This document shows, in pieces, positions 40,676 through 54,743 of a stretch of DNA of 64,000 nt. The DNA is from an uncultured Bacteroidaceae bacterium (lineage in GTDB: Bacteria; Bacteroidota; Bacteroidia; Bacteroidales; SM23-62): positions 8,635 to 72,634 of the forward strand of contig CAVZPP010000004.1 in NCBI GenBank assembly GCA_963777115.1, written 5' to 3'. The notes beneath the pieces are model-generated. The model did no database searches and had not been told where the DNA came from. It saw only the letters and a list, made by a program, of their open reading frames with translations. Every line of letters starts with the position of its first letter. Positions within the stretch are counted from its first letter, which is position 1. The position numbers and the translations under genes are program-made.

Positions 40676-40712
40676 TAGGTTAAAAATATATAAAGATCCT
40701 CGAATTCAATGA

Positions 40713-42717
40713 CTATCTTGCCCCAATGGCATCCATCGGATCGGTATTGGGAACACCGGCAGGTTGTACCACGTGTATCAGTGGTTCCACATTTTTCCCA
40801 GAACCATCGTAACCCGTGGTCTGATTCAATATATTACCCACATTACCCACTAAATAAGGCTCATAAACAGGCCAGAAAATATGCATGGGATCCATGGTGT
40901 ATTGTAACTTCAGGATACTGTATCCATGGAGTTTCTTCCCTGTAAGAAACTGTTTTTCTCCAAAACCCTGTCGTAATAGAAACTATTCAGCAGACAACGA
41001 CTTTTCCAGGTCATTTCCTGATACTGAATAGGTTTTACCGTTGTAACAGGGCTTTCCGCTTTTTGCAAGAATCACAGAGATACGAACCAGCTCATCATGG
41101 CGATACTCCTGTCCGAATAACTCACGCACACGCTCATCCAGTACGGCACCAATTCCATCAGCTTGCACATCGCCAACCGTGTACATGGTCATGGCATTTG
41201 CACGTGCCGTGATAATATTGATATCATCCGCACATCCGGCATGATCGTCCTGCCAGAATCTGGCTTCTGCTCTTACCAGGTAGGCTTCAGCTGCTCTCAT
41301 AATATAGATGTCCTGTTTTCCGCCATCCTGTCGTTTTACCTGGTCCTCCACGTTCGCAGCATAAAATTTGTAAAAGGGATATCCATACCAGCACCGCACG
41401 GAATCTTCACAAAGCAGGGTGCCATTCGTGCCAGAGCCTGAATGGCTGATGGAAGAATTCAGGTGCGGTTGTTTCCAAATCCGGATTGTCATAGATGGCC
41501 ATATCCATGTAGAACCAGTTACCTCTTTTGTGGCGGTAATCCTGCATGTCAACTACACCATTATAATTCCAGACATCAAACTGGGAATAGTTGGTGGGGC
41601 GGCCAAAACCCTGTCCGCGTCCCCACTTATGCATTTGTTTGGTATCCTGACCTTGCCGTATGTCCGCTCCTGCAGCTGCACCATTGGGTGGTGCTTTTAC
41701 TCCAAAACTTGTACTTACCATGTTGGGTCCCCATGCGCGAACTGCTGCAGACCTTCCCTGTGATCCATCTATCAAAGGTGCATTGGCTGCAACCAGATAC
41801 CTTCCGGATTGGTCAGTTTTTGTCCACCTGCATTGTCATGAAGACGATTTATTGGCATCGGCAGGTTGTTCACAGTCAAAGCCGGGAATTAATTCTCCGT
41901 CATATGGATTAAGGTTATTTCCAACCAGAACTGTCGCAACATCCACATCAGCAGCGTAAACAGCCTGTTTTCAGAACCATTAATAAGCGCGTCCATCTGT
42001 GCCTCTGCATCGGCAAATCTTAAATTCATCATGTAGTATTTGGCAAGCAACATTCTTGCAGCATTTCTTGGTGCCTGTCCCTTTGGCAGCTCGCTTGTTT
42101 CTTTCATATGCTGTACTGAAAATTCCAGGTCAGTGATCATCTGGTCCCAGATACCCTGCATGTGAAAGACTTTAAAATCCTGCCTTGCTGTCAGATACAA
42201 CATTTAAAGGAAAAGCAACATTTCCAAATTGCATGGTTAATTGCATATAAAAGAATGCACGTATAAAATAGGCACTTCCCAGAAGATGATTTCTATCAGC
42301 ATCAGCTTCTCCGTCGGCCCATTCAGGGATATCGATATAATCGATCACCGTATTACAGCTCTTTAGCTGGTTATAATTCTCCTGGTAAAATGACTGCATA
42401 CGGCCGGCATCATTATCCCTGGTGTTCAGAGGAGTTGCATATTTTCTCAGATCAACAAAAGAATCCTGTTTATCAGTACAGCTTACCACAGAGGCATCGC
42501 TCATGTTGTGATTGAACATCAACTCTTCGTTGTCTCCGTTCCACTGGTTAAAAACCCCTTTTAATGCAGTTTCCAGTGCTGTTTGCAATCCGGCAGCATC
42601 AATAAAGGTATTCTCAGGACTAAGGAAGGACTTCGGATCTTCCACCAGGAAGTCTTCACTACACGACACGGTAAGCGTGAGTAAGATCACCAGGATTATT
42701 CCTTTTATTTTTTTCAT
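40713..42717 (-). pseudogene. SusD/RagB-family nutrient-binding outer-membrane lipoprotein; at least 5 frameshifts as read
   Basis: ORFs 42172..42717 (MKKIKGIILVILLTLTVSCSEDFLVEDPKSFLSPENTF), 41889..42203, 41407..41775, 40983..41552 and 40713..40895. Immediately downstream of the SusC-like gene. Confidence 0.8.
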
Positions 42718-42772
42718 ATCTAATATATTTTTTAGTTACATATTTTTATTTCTTCAATGAGTTATCACTGCT

Positions 42773-45700
42773 TTAGAAAGAGAAGTCCACACTAAAAGAA
42801 TATGTTCTGGGCATCTCTCTCATTGATTCCGGGTCGCCTTCTATCCATTTTGTAAATACGGCAGCATTGTCGATGTTAAATGCAATGCGTGCATGGCTTA
42901 ACTTCATCTTCTCAAAAGACTTGCAGGACAAATTATAACCCAAAGAGATATTCTGGATACGCAGGTATGAACGGTTCTGGTAATACTCTTCATCCGACAG
43001 CATTAAGGAATTGATCCTTGCATGCAGTGTTAATCGGATTAGATGGAGTCCAGTATGGCAGTTTAAACCAGTTATGGTTTTTAATGTAGGTCTGATCTTC
43101 GTTAAACGGGTAGTCCGATCCGCCTTTGTAACCTAATTTACCCAGAAAGATAACACCCAAGATCGAAGCCTTTAAATTCAACATCATTCCTGAAGGTAAT
43201 ATACCACGGATTGGTATCTAATCCCTGGAATATTTTATCATCAATATTAAGAACTCCATCACCGTTCTGATCAATGAACCTGAAATCGCCGGGATACTTA
43301 TTAAAAACGGCGGCCTCAGCTTCATCTCCCAGCTGATAAACACCATCTATTTCATAATCCCAGATCACATCTTTGCTCTGACCAATAAACCATCCGTTAT
43401 CAATATCATCAGGTTCTACCATGACAGGGTTTCCGTTGCTGTCAAGGACCGGATTCCCGTTTACATCGGTATCCGCGACTAATTCTCCGGTTAAGGAAAC
43501 AATCTCGTTCTTGTTATAATGAACATTTAAGCTGCTTGTCCAGATGAAATTTGACGATTGAACATTAATGGTGTTAATGGACAGATCGAAACCGGTATTC
43601 TTCAGGTTACCAACGTTGGTTGTAATATCTTCAAAGCCGGTAACAATGGGTAATTTTTTATCCAGAAGCAAATCTGTCGTCTCTGAAGTATAAACATCCA
43701 GTGAACCCCTTACACGGCCATCCCATAATCCGTAATCAAGGGCCAAGTTCCAGGCCTGGTTTTTCTCCCATGAAAGTGACTGGTTGGCCATCCTGTTGAT
43801 ATACAGGTAAGGTGCAATAAAATAACCATTATCCCAGTTGAGGTATTTATTGTCACTTAAGCGGGCATAAGCCTGATATGATCCAAGACCACTACTAGTT
43901 CCCGTTTACACCCCAGCTGACGCGAATTTCAGGAAGGTAAGCCAGGCAGGGGCATTTGCCATAAAATTCTCATTGGTAATGTTCCAGGCTCCTGAAACAG
44001 ATGGGAAAGTAGCATACACATTATCTACACCAAAGCGGGAGTAACCATCGCGGCGGATGGATGCCGACAAATTATAACGATTGCCGAATGCGTAATTAAT
44101 ACGTCCCATAAGGGCAGTTCTTGAAGTAGCCTGATCGTCTGAATCTGCTGTGAGGTATAAGCCCAAAGGCCATCCCATGGTATCCGAGTGCTTCAGTGGG
44201 TGAAAAATTCGAAGTTTCTGAATCTAGTAAACCAGCTCTGGTTGCTCTCTGCGTTCACCAGACCGGTTACGGCAAAACGTGTGTTCGCCAAACTTTTGTT
44301 CCAGTTTAGAATATTATCCGATTGCCACTCGTAGGTTCTCATTATGCCTTCTTCGTGCATAACCTCCATGTCCCCATTCCGGGTTTGCACTATCCTCATA
44401 TTCAAATCTTTTTCTCAAATCTATTCGCTGTGTAAAGTTTGAAGTAAAAGTAATTCCAAAAGGAAGCTTCAATTTGGCATACATGGTAGGAAACAGGCTG
44501 TACCTGTCGTAATGTCTGGTGGTATATGCCGGATCCAGAAATGGATTGCCCCTGTTTGAACCGGCACCTGCATCTTTTAACTGATCCCTTAGATCGCGAT
44601 TGAGTTCACCATGTACGATACCCTCGGTCCCATTCACCCAGGGCATATCATAGGGTGAAGCTGTACGATAACCACCATTATCGACTGGTTCACTGCCCTT
44701 CATTCTGATAGGCGAAATTGGTATTGATACCCACATTCAGCCAGTCTGTTGCAGCCACATCGAGGTTTAAGCGGGAAGTAATGGTTGAATATGATTCTCC
44801 CACCTGAACCGACTCACTGTCGATATATCCCAGAGACCAGTAATATGATACTTTATCGGTCCGGCCTGAAACACTCACGTCATAGTCCTGTCTTACTCCT
44901 GTCTTGAATAAGAAAATCCTGCCAGTCATAACTCTATACCATTCAGGTAATTTTCTTTTTCGTTCGCTTCAAAACCAAAACCATCAAGCCAGGTGCCTGT
45001 AATTACGTCAGGATTCGTTTCGCCGGGAATACCATTTATTTCCAACCATCTGGATTGATAATTATCAGGCACATCTTCGTATTTATCAAAGCGGGAATAT
45101 TCGCCCAGTGTCCCATCAGGTTCTCCATAGACTGAGACTGGATATTGCTTCATTCATGTCTGTCAGCCAGCCCATTACTTCATCTCCTGCTTTAAAGGTT
45201 TCTAGTCTTCTGGCACCGGTTACAAGACCTGGTTTTTGCACTCACCCGGATGACAGGTTTGCCTAGGGATCCTTTTTTGGTGGTAAATACAATTACACCG
45301 TTTGATGCACGTGAACCGTAAATAGATGCAGCACTGGCATCCTTTAATACGTCCACACTCTCCACATCGTTCACATTGATTTCAGCCATGTCTCCGTTAA
45401 AAATCACTCCGTCGAGTACAATAAGAGGCCTGTTGGCAGCTACTTTCGTCATCATCATCTGCTTTAATGGTGATGTCTCCGCGTACCTCAAAATCCGGGG
45501 TATTTTTAGCACTTGTGCTGTAGCCCACCTGTAATCCGGGAACTGCCGATCTTAACATTTCAGAAACATTCGACGGCTGGTACTTTTCGAACTCTTCGGC
45601 CTGAACATTGACAATGGCACCGGTCAGGTCTTCCTTTCTGGCAGTACCATAACCAATCACAACCACCTCGTCCAGACCAATGGCATCGCTTGCCATTGTA

Positions 45701-45995
45701 GCATCTATTGTGGTTTGATCTCCGATTTCTACTTGCTGGGTAGCCATACCCACAAATGAAAACATTAAATTGGTGGCATTATGCCGGAACTGATATAGAA
45801 TAGGTGCCATCAACACTTGTGATAGTACCGGTTGAGGTACCTGAAACTACTATAGACACTCCAGGTATTGCCTCTCCTGCCTCATCTGTCACTGTTCCTG
45901 TAATGCTCCTTTGCTTGCGCATATGCAACAAAAGCAAACAAAACCAGGAAAAGAGACAAGAATGTTGATTTTAGAAGTCTTTGTTTTCTTTTCAT
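42773..45995 (-). pseudogene. SusC/RagA-type TonB-dependent outer-membrane receptor; at least 10 frameshifts as read
   Basis: ATG at 45995 (MKRKQRLLKS..). Fragments 45397..45816, 45192..45512 ([52 protein letters not shown]), 44926..45153, 44690..44929, 44314..44736, 44193..44405, 43906..44178, 43138..43791, 42990..43187 and 42773..43003 (..SYLRIQNISLGYNL..PRTYSFSVDFSF). Confidence 0.85.
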
Positions 45996-46278
45996 AAGAT
46001 TTAGTTTTAGTTGATTGCTAAAATAGATTTAGTATTTGCTATTAAACAAGTTGGTTTTTAATGGAATAGTAAAACATCCATGGAGAGAGCTCTCCATAGA
46101 AGAAATCAGAAAGGCGAATATTACATAGGCAGGTCAGTTTAGCTAGTTAGTTTAGTTTCTTATAGTTGGTGATATAAATTCACCAAAATTCTTCAATAGT
46201 TGGCACATAAATGTAATAAAAACTCATAAAAACCAACAAAAACAATAGAATTATTTGAATATTTTATCGCTGGTTACC

Positions 46279-49084
46279 CTAATTCTGAATTCTGAAATCA
46301 AACCATAGTTTTATGGGATAACCATCATCGCCTCTATGACCTTTATATATACCTTTCTGACTTTGAGGGCCTAACTGTGCTGCTTTTTTGAATTTTGTTC
46401 CAATACCGGGAATGTCATACAGGAAGGATAAGTCGCCCCCGGGAAAGGCAGGTGCAATATCGCCCCTTCGCAGGTCAGCTGGATTTGCCGGGGTGAAAAG
46501 CTGAAAGTACAGATTTGGAGTAGCCGAGATAATGGTAAACGGCGATTCGGTTGTTTCGAGCCTTGCCCAGTAAAGGTTGGCGTGATATCCCTTAAATTCA
46601 GGATAGATCAACCGGTTAAAACTTTCGCCGGTAATTGTATTGTTATACTCCTTCTCCCAGACTCCCATACTGCTCCCCTTGATACGGTTTTTCCACACAC
46701 GGTAAGGTCCCCGCCCCATCCAGCTTACAGAGTTGCACTTTTCTTCGGGGTAGCTGAAGGAAATTCCAACATAATCAATATCCTTTAACCCGCCGGTGAG
46801 GGCACCTGCTTCCAATCCAAGCAGTCCATCCCTGCTCAGTGTCCATATCGCTTTGCCAGGATATTCAGAGTATGTAATTTCAAACTCAAAATAACCATCA
46901 GCATCCATCGCCCATCTGGTGCCCGTGACTTCCGATACTACTCCAACAGGAAAGGGCCCCCGGAAAATGAGATTGCGCCATTACTGTTCTCTATGGACTG
47001 AATTTCACCATTTTCCTTTTTGAATGAAAATTTCAAATCATTCACAGTAGCAGTCACCAGATTTCCGTTTTCACAACATCAATTTCTGAAATAGTTGGAT
47101 TTGTTGAATTTAGTTCAGCTGCTTTTTCATCTGGTTGAATAACCGGCCAGCTCCAGGTATAAAGCTCCTCTCCCCGGTGATCGACCGCTGTGAACTGGAA
47201 AACATCGGCATTCTGAAGTGCACTGCCAAAATCTATATTTATCATTGCTGTTTCTCCCGGCCGGGCTTTGGGGCTGGTAATTTCCCCGATCCGGTTACTA
47301 TTTTATTCGTTGCACCAATTTCAGTTCTGTAGGCTTTCCAGCTGAAAGATGCAGTCTGTCAAATCTGTATAGATAAATTTGTTTTTCAGCAACAGCCTAC
47401 CATTCCATTGTTTGTTTATGGTTACCGGTTCTATTTGTACCGGAGACCAGATCTCTTTCACTGTATAGAAACTACCCTCTTTCTCCCGGTGGGGTCCCAG
47501 GATTCCGTCGGGCGCATTATTTCCATTGGAATCAAATACCGTTCCTTCTTTATCTTTACGCAGGACTGCCTCATCGGCCAATACCCACAGAAATCCACCG
47601 GCCAGCAACGGCGTTGCTTCATAACTTCTCCAGAAAGCCTCCAGCCCTGCACCATGTCCGCCGTCATATAATCCATGCAATAATTCTGTGGCCATGAACG
47701 GGTCGTTGCCAAAGACATTTCGCCCGATACCATAATTAAATTCGGGATAGTGATGGGTTTCAACCCCATTCCTGAGCAACCAGGGGTAAATAACCGGTCT
47801 TTTCTGAATATCCCAGCGATGAAATTCTTTTTCGTTGGCAAAATCCCAACCACCTTCATTTCCATGGTTCCATATGACCACGCATGGATGGTTTTCATCT
47901 TTCAAAATGGTTTCTTTAATGAGCTTCGGACCAACAACTGTATCATATCCCTGCTGCCATCCCGTTACTTCGTCCAGGACAAAGAGACCCAGTGAATCGC
48001 ATAGTTCAAGAAATCGTTTATCGGGAACATAGTGTGAACAACGAACAGTGTTCATATTCATCTCCTTCATTAGACGAATATCGGTTATGTGATTTTCTTC
48101 ACTCAGGCAGCGACCGGTTTCGGGCCAGAATGAGTGACGGTTAACACCTTTGAAGATGACTTTTTCACCATTTATATAAAACCCATCGTGAGCACGTAAT
48201 TCAACAGTCCGGAAACCAATCCGTTCGGTTACTTCATGCAAAACCTCGGTCCCGTTTCTCAGGGTGAATTTCATATTGTATAAGGAAGGCCATTCAGGAT
48301 TCCATGATTTAATATTTTCAAATTTCCCCGAAATAGTGGTTTCTAATACTCCCTTTTCAATCCCGGCCTCAACAGGATCTCCAATTTTATTTCCTTTCAA
48401 ATCAAAGAGTTCAATCCTTACTGTATAGTCCGCTTTTGATCTGTTCAGGACTATGAGAGAGTTGAAAGAACCATCGGCCCTGGCATCAATGGCGGTGCGG
48501 TTCATGTGAATTACCGGCAGAGCTTCCAGGAATACAGGTCTGAAAATCCCTCCAAAGATCCAGAAGTCGGCCTGTCGCTCCGCACGAACGACAGATTCAT
48601 TTGAAGAATGTTTATCCACATCCACTTCCAGGGTATTTGTCCGTCCGTATTTCAGCAGTTTTGAGATATCGTATTTAAACCGGTAAAAGGCTCCCTGGTG
48701 CATTTCTCCGGCAGATTTTCCATTTATTTTCACTTTCGTATCGGTCATGGATCCGTCGAATACAATATTTACCGTTCTTCCCTTCCATTGGGATGGCACA
48801 TCGAATTCGTATTTATAGAGTCCATGTTCCCTTCCAAGTTTGATCTCCTTGTTGCGCCAGTCGTGCCCGTAGTTGTAGGTGCCAAATCCTTCCAGTTCCC
48901 AGTTGGAGGGTACCGGGATCTTTGACCATTTACCACTGTTCTGTCCGTCGGTACAGAAAAAATCCCATTCAACCGTATTGGCTGCATCGGTTCCGGAGAG
49001 ATAAAGAGTTTCGGTACTTTGGGAATGAAGTGTGACCGAAAATAGGATTGCAAGAGCGACTAGTAGATCTTTTTTTAATTTCAT
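46279..49084 (-). pseudogene. GH2 glycoside hydrolase (beta-galactosidase-like) with C-terminal small-chain-like domain; about 3 frameshifts in the 3' third as read
   Basis: ORF 47321..49084 (587 aa; NRHSFWPETGR, CSHYVPD, VIWNHGNEGG), plus 47054..47245 and 46279..46908 (Bgal small-chain-like). The start overlaps the upstream gene stop (ATGA at 49081-49084). Confidence 0.8.
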
Positions 49085-50344
49085 TGCGCCTGATTTAGAT
49101 TGATTACATATACCTGCCTTGATCCGGTGGTTACAGAATTAAAACCGATCATATCGCCGTTGGGGCTCCACCGGGGATGCAGATCGCACTGGGCATCCTT
49201 CCCGTTATCCCTGAAAGCAGAAGGATGGACATACCGGCCCATGGGCAACACAGCCTCCGACTTCATATCCATAAGGTAGAGTTTTTGCTCATTTAAAGAG
49301 CCACTTCCGGGATAGGTGTCGGTCACCATCCATTTGCCATCGGGAGAAAAAGTGCCGTGACCGTCGTAGTCGAGCAATCCGTTACCCAGGCGCCGGTAGT
49401 TATCCTGACCAATAGAAAAGAGGATATGGGCATTGCTTATTCCTTTGTATTTGCCGGTGATCATAAGTTCATCTTCGTTGAGCCAGTCAAAATGGGATCC
49501 ACCCCATTGGTCGGGGAAGCAGCGCCGGAGATCTTCTCCGGTTCGGCTAACTGTAAATGAGGTTGTATTCCTTTCAGGTATGGCCCGGGCAAGCCAGAAT
49601 ATCCTGCCTCCTTCGCGGCTGAAAAGAATGTGATTAAAGTATTCAATTCCACCTTCAGGTACTTCGGGTACCAGTTCTTTGATGTCGTTGATGGAAACAA
49701 GCAGTTTCCCTCCCGGTTTCAAGGTCCATGAGAAACAGGCCGTCATCTTCGGGAAACTGTACCGATAGCCGGGCATCCTGACCATCTCCTCCGTATCCGT
49801 ATGACTCGCGGGTGGTGCGAAGGCGCGAAAAATTGATACTGATGGCTTCTTTGCCGTTTGGAGAAACAGCCGCGACCGGGTAGGGGATGGTCCTGATTTT
49901 TTCCTTAGTGTGTATATCAAAAATTATGGAAACGTATTTACCATCCACCATATCATTATATATAATATGTGAATTTGGATGAGTTCCAAGCCAGTGAGCC
50001 ATGCATCCCTGCTGGAAATTCCAGGCGCGGGTTTGGGCCAGGGGAATAAATTCATTGGTTTCCAGATCGACCAGGCCCAGTGTAGCCGGATCATTTTCGG
50101 TTGGCAACCTGTATTTGATGGGTGTTTGAAGAACGGTGACATATCGCTGGTCCGCACTCCAGGAGTTGATACCGTAATAACTGGCAAACAGATGCTCTTT
50201 TGGGCCCGATGTAATGGCAACCGGGTCGGAAACATCCGGGAAGTTTACCTGCAGGCCTTCCTGGGTTGATTTGCATCCATTAATTGTAAATAATGTCAGG
50301 AAGAGTGCCACGGCACCCCTTGGAATCATTTTGATTGTTGTCAT
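49081..50344 (-). pseudogene. TolB-like beta-propeller protein (oligogalacturonide-lyase-like fold), paralogue A; one frameshift as read
   Basis: ORFs 49655..50344 and 49081..49920. Lipoprotein-like N-terminus (FTINGCKS). WNFQQGCMAHW, FDWLNEDELM, DYDGHGTFSPDGKWMVTD and CDLHPRWSPNGDMIGF. Family assignment is from memory of the fold pattern and is moderate. Confidence 0.5.
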
Positions 50345-53300
50345 CTATTTTATTGTTTTGTCCGGGTCGGGCAGGCAAAAAACCACCCTGTCGGAATAGT
50401 GAAATCTACTGCCTCTTAATTCCAGTTCCGGATTAATGATATCAATGTAGCTTCGATAACTGGCTTTTTGATCTTCTGTGTAATTAATGTATGCCGGAAA
50501 GACAAGAGATACCAGATCTTCAAGATCGTTGAAGAAACAACCAATCGGTTCCATTTGCCAGCCTTCCGACATCCAGGGATCTCCGTTACCCGACCTTTCA
50601 TTTCGTTTAAAAACAAACCGTGTTCTCAGTCAGGCTGACAAAAAGATTTGCCTCCTTTCTGGCATCCACAGACTCTCCACTTATAATTATCTTTTCAGCA
50701 TAACTTTGAATAAGCATGGTTGCCAGGTTGTACCATAGATTACTCTGGTCGATGGCATTGGAAATTAGCCGAAGATCGTTGTACTTAAGAGCCATAAAAT
50801 TGTAATCATCACCTATCAGCTCTCCATTCATGCGAATAAGATAGTTTACAAAATAGTCCAGCAACACTTTTGACTCTTTCAGATCCTTATCGAAACCGGG
50901 ATTATTCTCCTCCAGGAAATCAATTATATCCTGCAGGAGTTTTTTCTCATTAGAAATTGCAAATGTTCTATTCCCGCTGATGGGGAGCAGCTCGTTTACC
51001 TCCTTCAATTCAAAAATAATATTGTCGTCGCGGTAAACCTTTTTCCGGCCATCTTCAGACAGCACAGGCTGAATAATTTCCGGAGCACCCACCTCCATGG
51101 GGATTACATCGATTTCAACCGAAGCAGGTTTTAGTCCAGGGGAGCTTACCGTAATTTTTGCCTTCCCGGGCCGATTGGCCGATCGGATAATATTACTTAC
51201 CGGGGGATGAATATAACCGGTCCCCTCCATGGATTCAAAAAGGTTATAGTCGGTTTTGTAGAGTTCGGGTCCTATCAGAGTGGCTGCACCTTCAACGCTC
51301 CAGCCAATCTGATTGGTTGCATGAATTACCCTATTCCCGTTCTCATCAACAATATCTGCCGTGACAATAGCCATCCCGCTTTTGCCTGCTGCAATTTTTC
51401 ATGAGAAACAGTAAGCTCAAGTTGTGCCGGTTCAGCACTCATGGAACGATAGTATGTCAACCTTATTCCCCCTCTTTATGACCAACTGCTTTTAAAGATT
51501 CCAGCTTTAACTCGGGATATTGCTGAAACTGACCGTGTAGTAATTTTCGTAAACGGGACGTGCTTCTCCCACTTTCTCACGGTTATTATAAAAAGCTCCA
51601 CGTTGTCGCAGTTGGAGTTCACAATAAAATCTTTGCTGCTTCCAAGGTATTTCGGTGTCCAGTTGTGCGGGTGAATAAATACCATTGGCCTGGTGTATAG
51701 AGAGCCTGTGTAAGGTAGTAGGTGTATTTGGGGATCCGGTAGAGGTCAACCCATCCTTTGTAATTAACGTGTTTAAGCGGACTGTTTCTATACTCCCGGT
51801 CAGCACCATGATCTTCATATAACCAGTGAACCGTATTTTTTTTCAATGAGCCGCGTACGCTTCCCCCCTCTATCATTGCCCGTTGGTGTTGCCACTCCTC
51901 TGTACCGCATAACTGGCCGTTCTCCGGATTCAGTTGCCGGTCGGAAGGGGAATTATCACTATCAAAATATCCCCGAACGGTGACCCTGAGCAGGTTCTCC
52001 ATATCCAGGTTGGTATGGTCATGATCCACATAGTCTCCAGCATCTTCCGCTTTACGAGCGTGCACCAGTCTTGTGGTGTCCTCCTCAATCACCCATTTTG
52101 AATCGGCGGCATCATTGGTTTCGTTACCAACACTCCAGAACAGGATGCTGGGATGGTTACGGTCGCGCCGTATCATCTCTTGCACATTTTGCTTTTGGAC
52201 CTCTTCATCAAAATCGATGGATTTTATATTAGGTACCTCCTCTACTGCAACCATTCCCAGGTTATCGGCAAGCTGATAGACCTGTTTATCGTTGGGGTAA
52301 TGAGCCGCTCTGAAAAAATTAATTCCCAGGTTTTCTTTCATGTCCAGAAAATCCTGCTCATTGAGCCATTTTGGAATAGCGTCACCTACCCAGGGGTATT
52401 CCTGGTGCCGGTTAAATCCCTTAATAAACATTTTGCTACCGTTCAACCACAGGTCATTTTTTTCAAAATCCCAGTGAAACCAGCGAAAACCAAGGGGGCT
52501 CACCATTTTATCGGTCAGCTCTCCATTTACATACAGTTCTGATGTTACATGGTAGAGATTGGGCGAATCGGGATGCCACAGAGCCGGATTTTCCACTAGT
52601 GACGAAGTCTGTTCAAATTCGAAGAGTGTTCCCGGTGAAATGGTTACCCTGATTCTAATTACCTCAATCAGCTTCCCGCCGGGTGAGAACAGGATTGTTT
52701 TCAGGGATACCTCTTCCGGATTTTCAGAATCATTTTTTACATAGGTTTTAATATGTTACCAGTGCTTCATCTTCATTTACCCGGGGAGTTGTAATAAAAG
52801 TTCCCCCTTCGTGTTTGTAGCTACCCTGGTAAGGAATGTGAACTTTATCTTTTATAACCAGCCGGGCATCCCGGTATATGCCACCGTAAACATTCCAGTT
52901 ACCGGCGGTCATTGGCGGAATTCTGTATTTATCGTCGCGGCGATTGTTAGCCGCCAAAACAAGCAGGTTATCCTGACCGAACCGGATGAATGGAGTAAGA
53001 TCGAAATAAAACGAAGTGAATCCGCCCTTGTGATCTCCAACATATTTGCCGTTAAGGTAGACGCGGCAATATTTCTGCACACCATCAAATTCTACGGTCA
53101 CCTTTCTATCCGACAGTCTTCAGATACTATAAAATGTTTCCTGTAATATCCCCACCCCTTCCACCAGTAAGGGTCGTCGCGTTCACTGGCATTCTTAATG
53201 AAAGGGTGCAAGGTCTCCTGTTGTTTCGTAGGTTTGCCAGGTATGCGGCAGACCAACCACCGGCCATGCAGAATCATTAAAATCCACCGAAAGGTACTCA

Positions 53301-53443
53301 CTGTTGACCTGTAGTTCGGGGCTGTAATTAAATGTCCAGTTTGAATTTACTTTACCTGTAATCCTGGGATTCGGTTCACCGGTATTGCAGCCAGACAGAA
53401 AAATGAATATTGCTATGCTGAATAAGTTGGGGCTGATCTTCAT
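50345..53443 (-). pseudogene. Large GH2 glycoside hydrolase with extended C-terminal region; at least 7 frameshifts as read
   Basis: Fragments 53195..53443 (lipoprotein N-terminus), 53098..53301, 52748..53101, 51619..52596 (NRHQEYPWVGDA, AAHYPND, ILFWSVGNET), 51476..51685, 50607..51374 and 50345..50572. The junction in the T-run near 50600 joins the last two. Confidence 0.75.
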
Positions 53444-53453
53444 TTTGTTATTG

Positions 53454-54731
53454 TCAGGTGTCTGAGAGTTCGACCAGGTGCATTTGTCTTAACCCGGATT
53501 TGCTATCAATGGCATCAAAACAGATAGCTGATCCGTCCCGGTTCCACCGGGGATGAAAATCGCATCGCAGGTCCCCTGTAATGAACTTTCTCTCTGTCAT
53601 GTTATGAATTGCCAGTGTTTTGGTCTGATCTGTTTCGAAGTTATAGAGTAGTATGGACTGCTCAAGGGTTTCTTTCACTTTGTGGTCCGTGGCAATCCAT
53701 TTCTGATCAGGAGAGAAGGTGCAGTGACCGTCAAAATCAAGCGATCCATTGCCAAGTCTTCTATATTCATTCACTCCGTCCACAAAATGATAATGGCTCC
53801 TGCCATTGGAATCCAGGTTAAAAGTGGCAATGATTTCCTTATTGTTTCGCCAGTCAAAATGGGACACACTGGTCCCGTAGGGAATGACTTCTCTTAAATC
53901 TGATCCATCTATACCTACCGTGAACATTCCGGTTTCCATAGACCGCCTTACCGTCGGTCTGGCTCTTGCCAGCAGGAAAAAACGGGTATCGTTTTTATTG
54001 AAAACCGTATGATTAAACCATAGATGTTTGTGTTCCAAATCGGGATGAGCATCCTTCAGCATTTCATATACCTGTTTAATGGAAACTGCAAGTTTATACT
54101 CACCTGTTTCCAGATCCATAACAAATACTCCGTCTTTGTCCGGATGCGGATCATCCTCAAAAGGATCCACCACATTGGCATAGCTTACCACCTTTCTCAT
54201 CCGGCCAAGACCTGCCGTAGGTGAGACTCAGGGCATGTTTCCCGTCATGACTGATGCCATTTACCGGGCGGGGCAAAATTCGTTTCTTCCCTGTGTTGAT
54301 ATCAAGAAAAATGGAAACAATTTCATTATCAATTCTGTCATTGTAGAGAATTTCCGAATCGGGTTTCAACGGATTCCAGTGCATAAAGGCACCCTGCTGA
54401 AAATTCCAGGCCATTGTTTCAGTTATTCTTTCATACCGGCCTGTTATGGCATCAACAAGGCCAATGCCGGCAGAATCATCCTTACCTGGCATGTGATCCT
54501 GGAAGTCCGATTCCAGGCTCAGAAGGTGGGTCTGACTTTTATTCCAGGGAGTATCCCGTAATATCCGAAAAAATGGTGTTTGGGACCACTGGTCAGTTTG
54601 CGAACCGTGAAATCAGGAAATCCGTCTTCACTGGAGAACTGACTTTTGAACACAACTCAACAAGTGCAGGTGAAACAAAGCTACCTCCCAGTCCCAACTG
54701 ATGTTTTTTGAATAAATGATCTTCGTTTCAT
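53454..54731 (-). pseudogene. TAT-signal TolB-like beta-propeller protein, paralogue B of 49081-50344; about 2 frameshifts as read
   Basis: ATG at 54731 gives MKRRSFIQKTSVGTG.. ORFs 54157..54492 (WNFQQGAFMHW) and 53454..54200 (FDWRNNKEII, DFDGHCTFSPDQKWIATD, CDFHPRWNRDGSAICF). Confidence 0.5.
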
Positions 54732-54743
54732 TCGTTGGTTTTT

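Noticed and set aside
45996-46278. Short repeats (GATTTAGT x2, AGTTTAG-type runs) and the palindrome ATGGAGAG-AG-CTCTCCAT in the GH2/SusC spacer, considered as a specific element.
   Set aside because: They are low-complexity AT-rich promoter or spacer sequence. The palindrome is short and lacks a U-tract, and nothing supports a defined feature.
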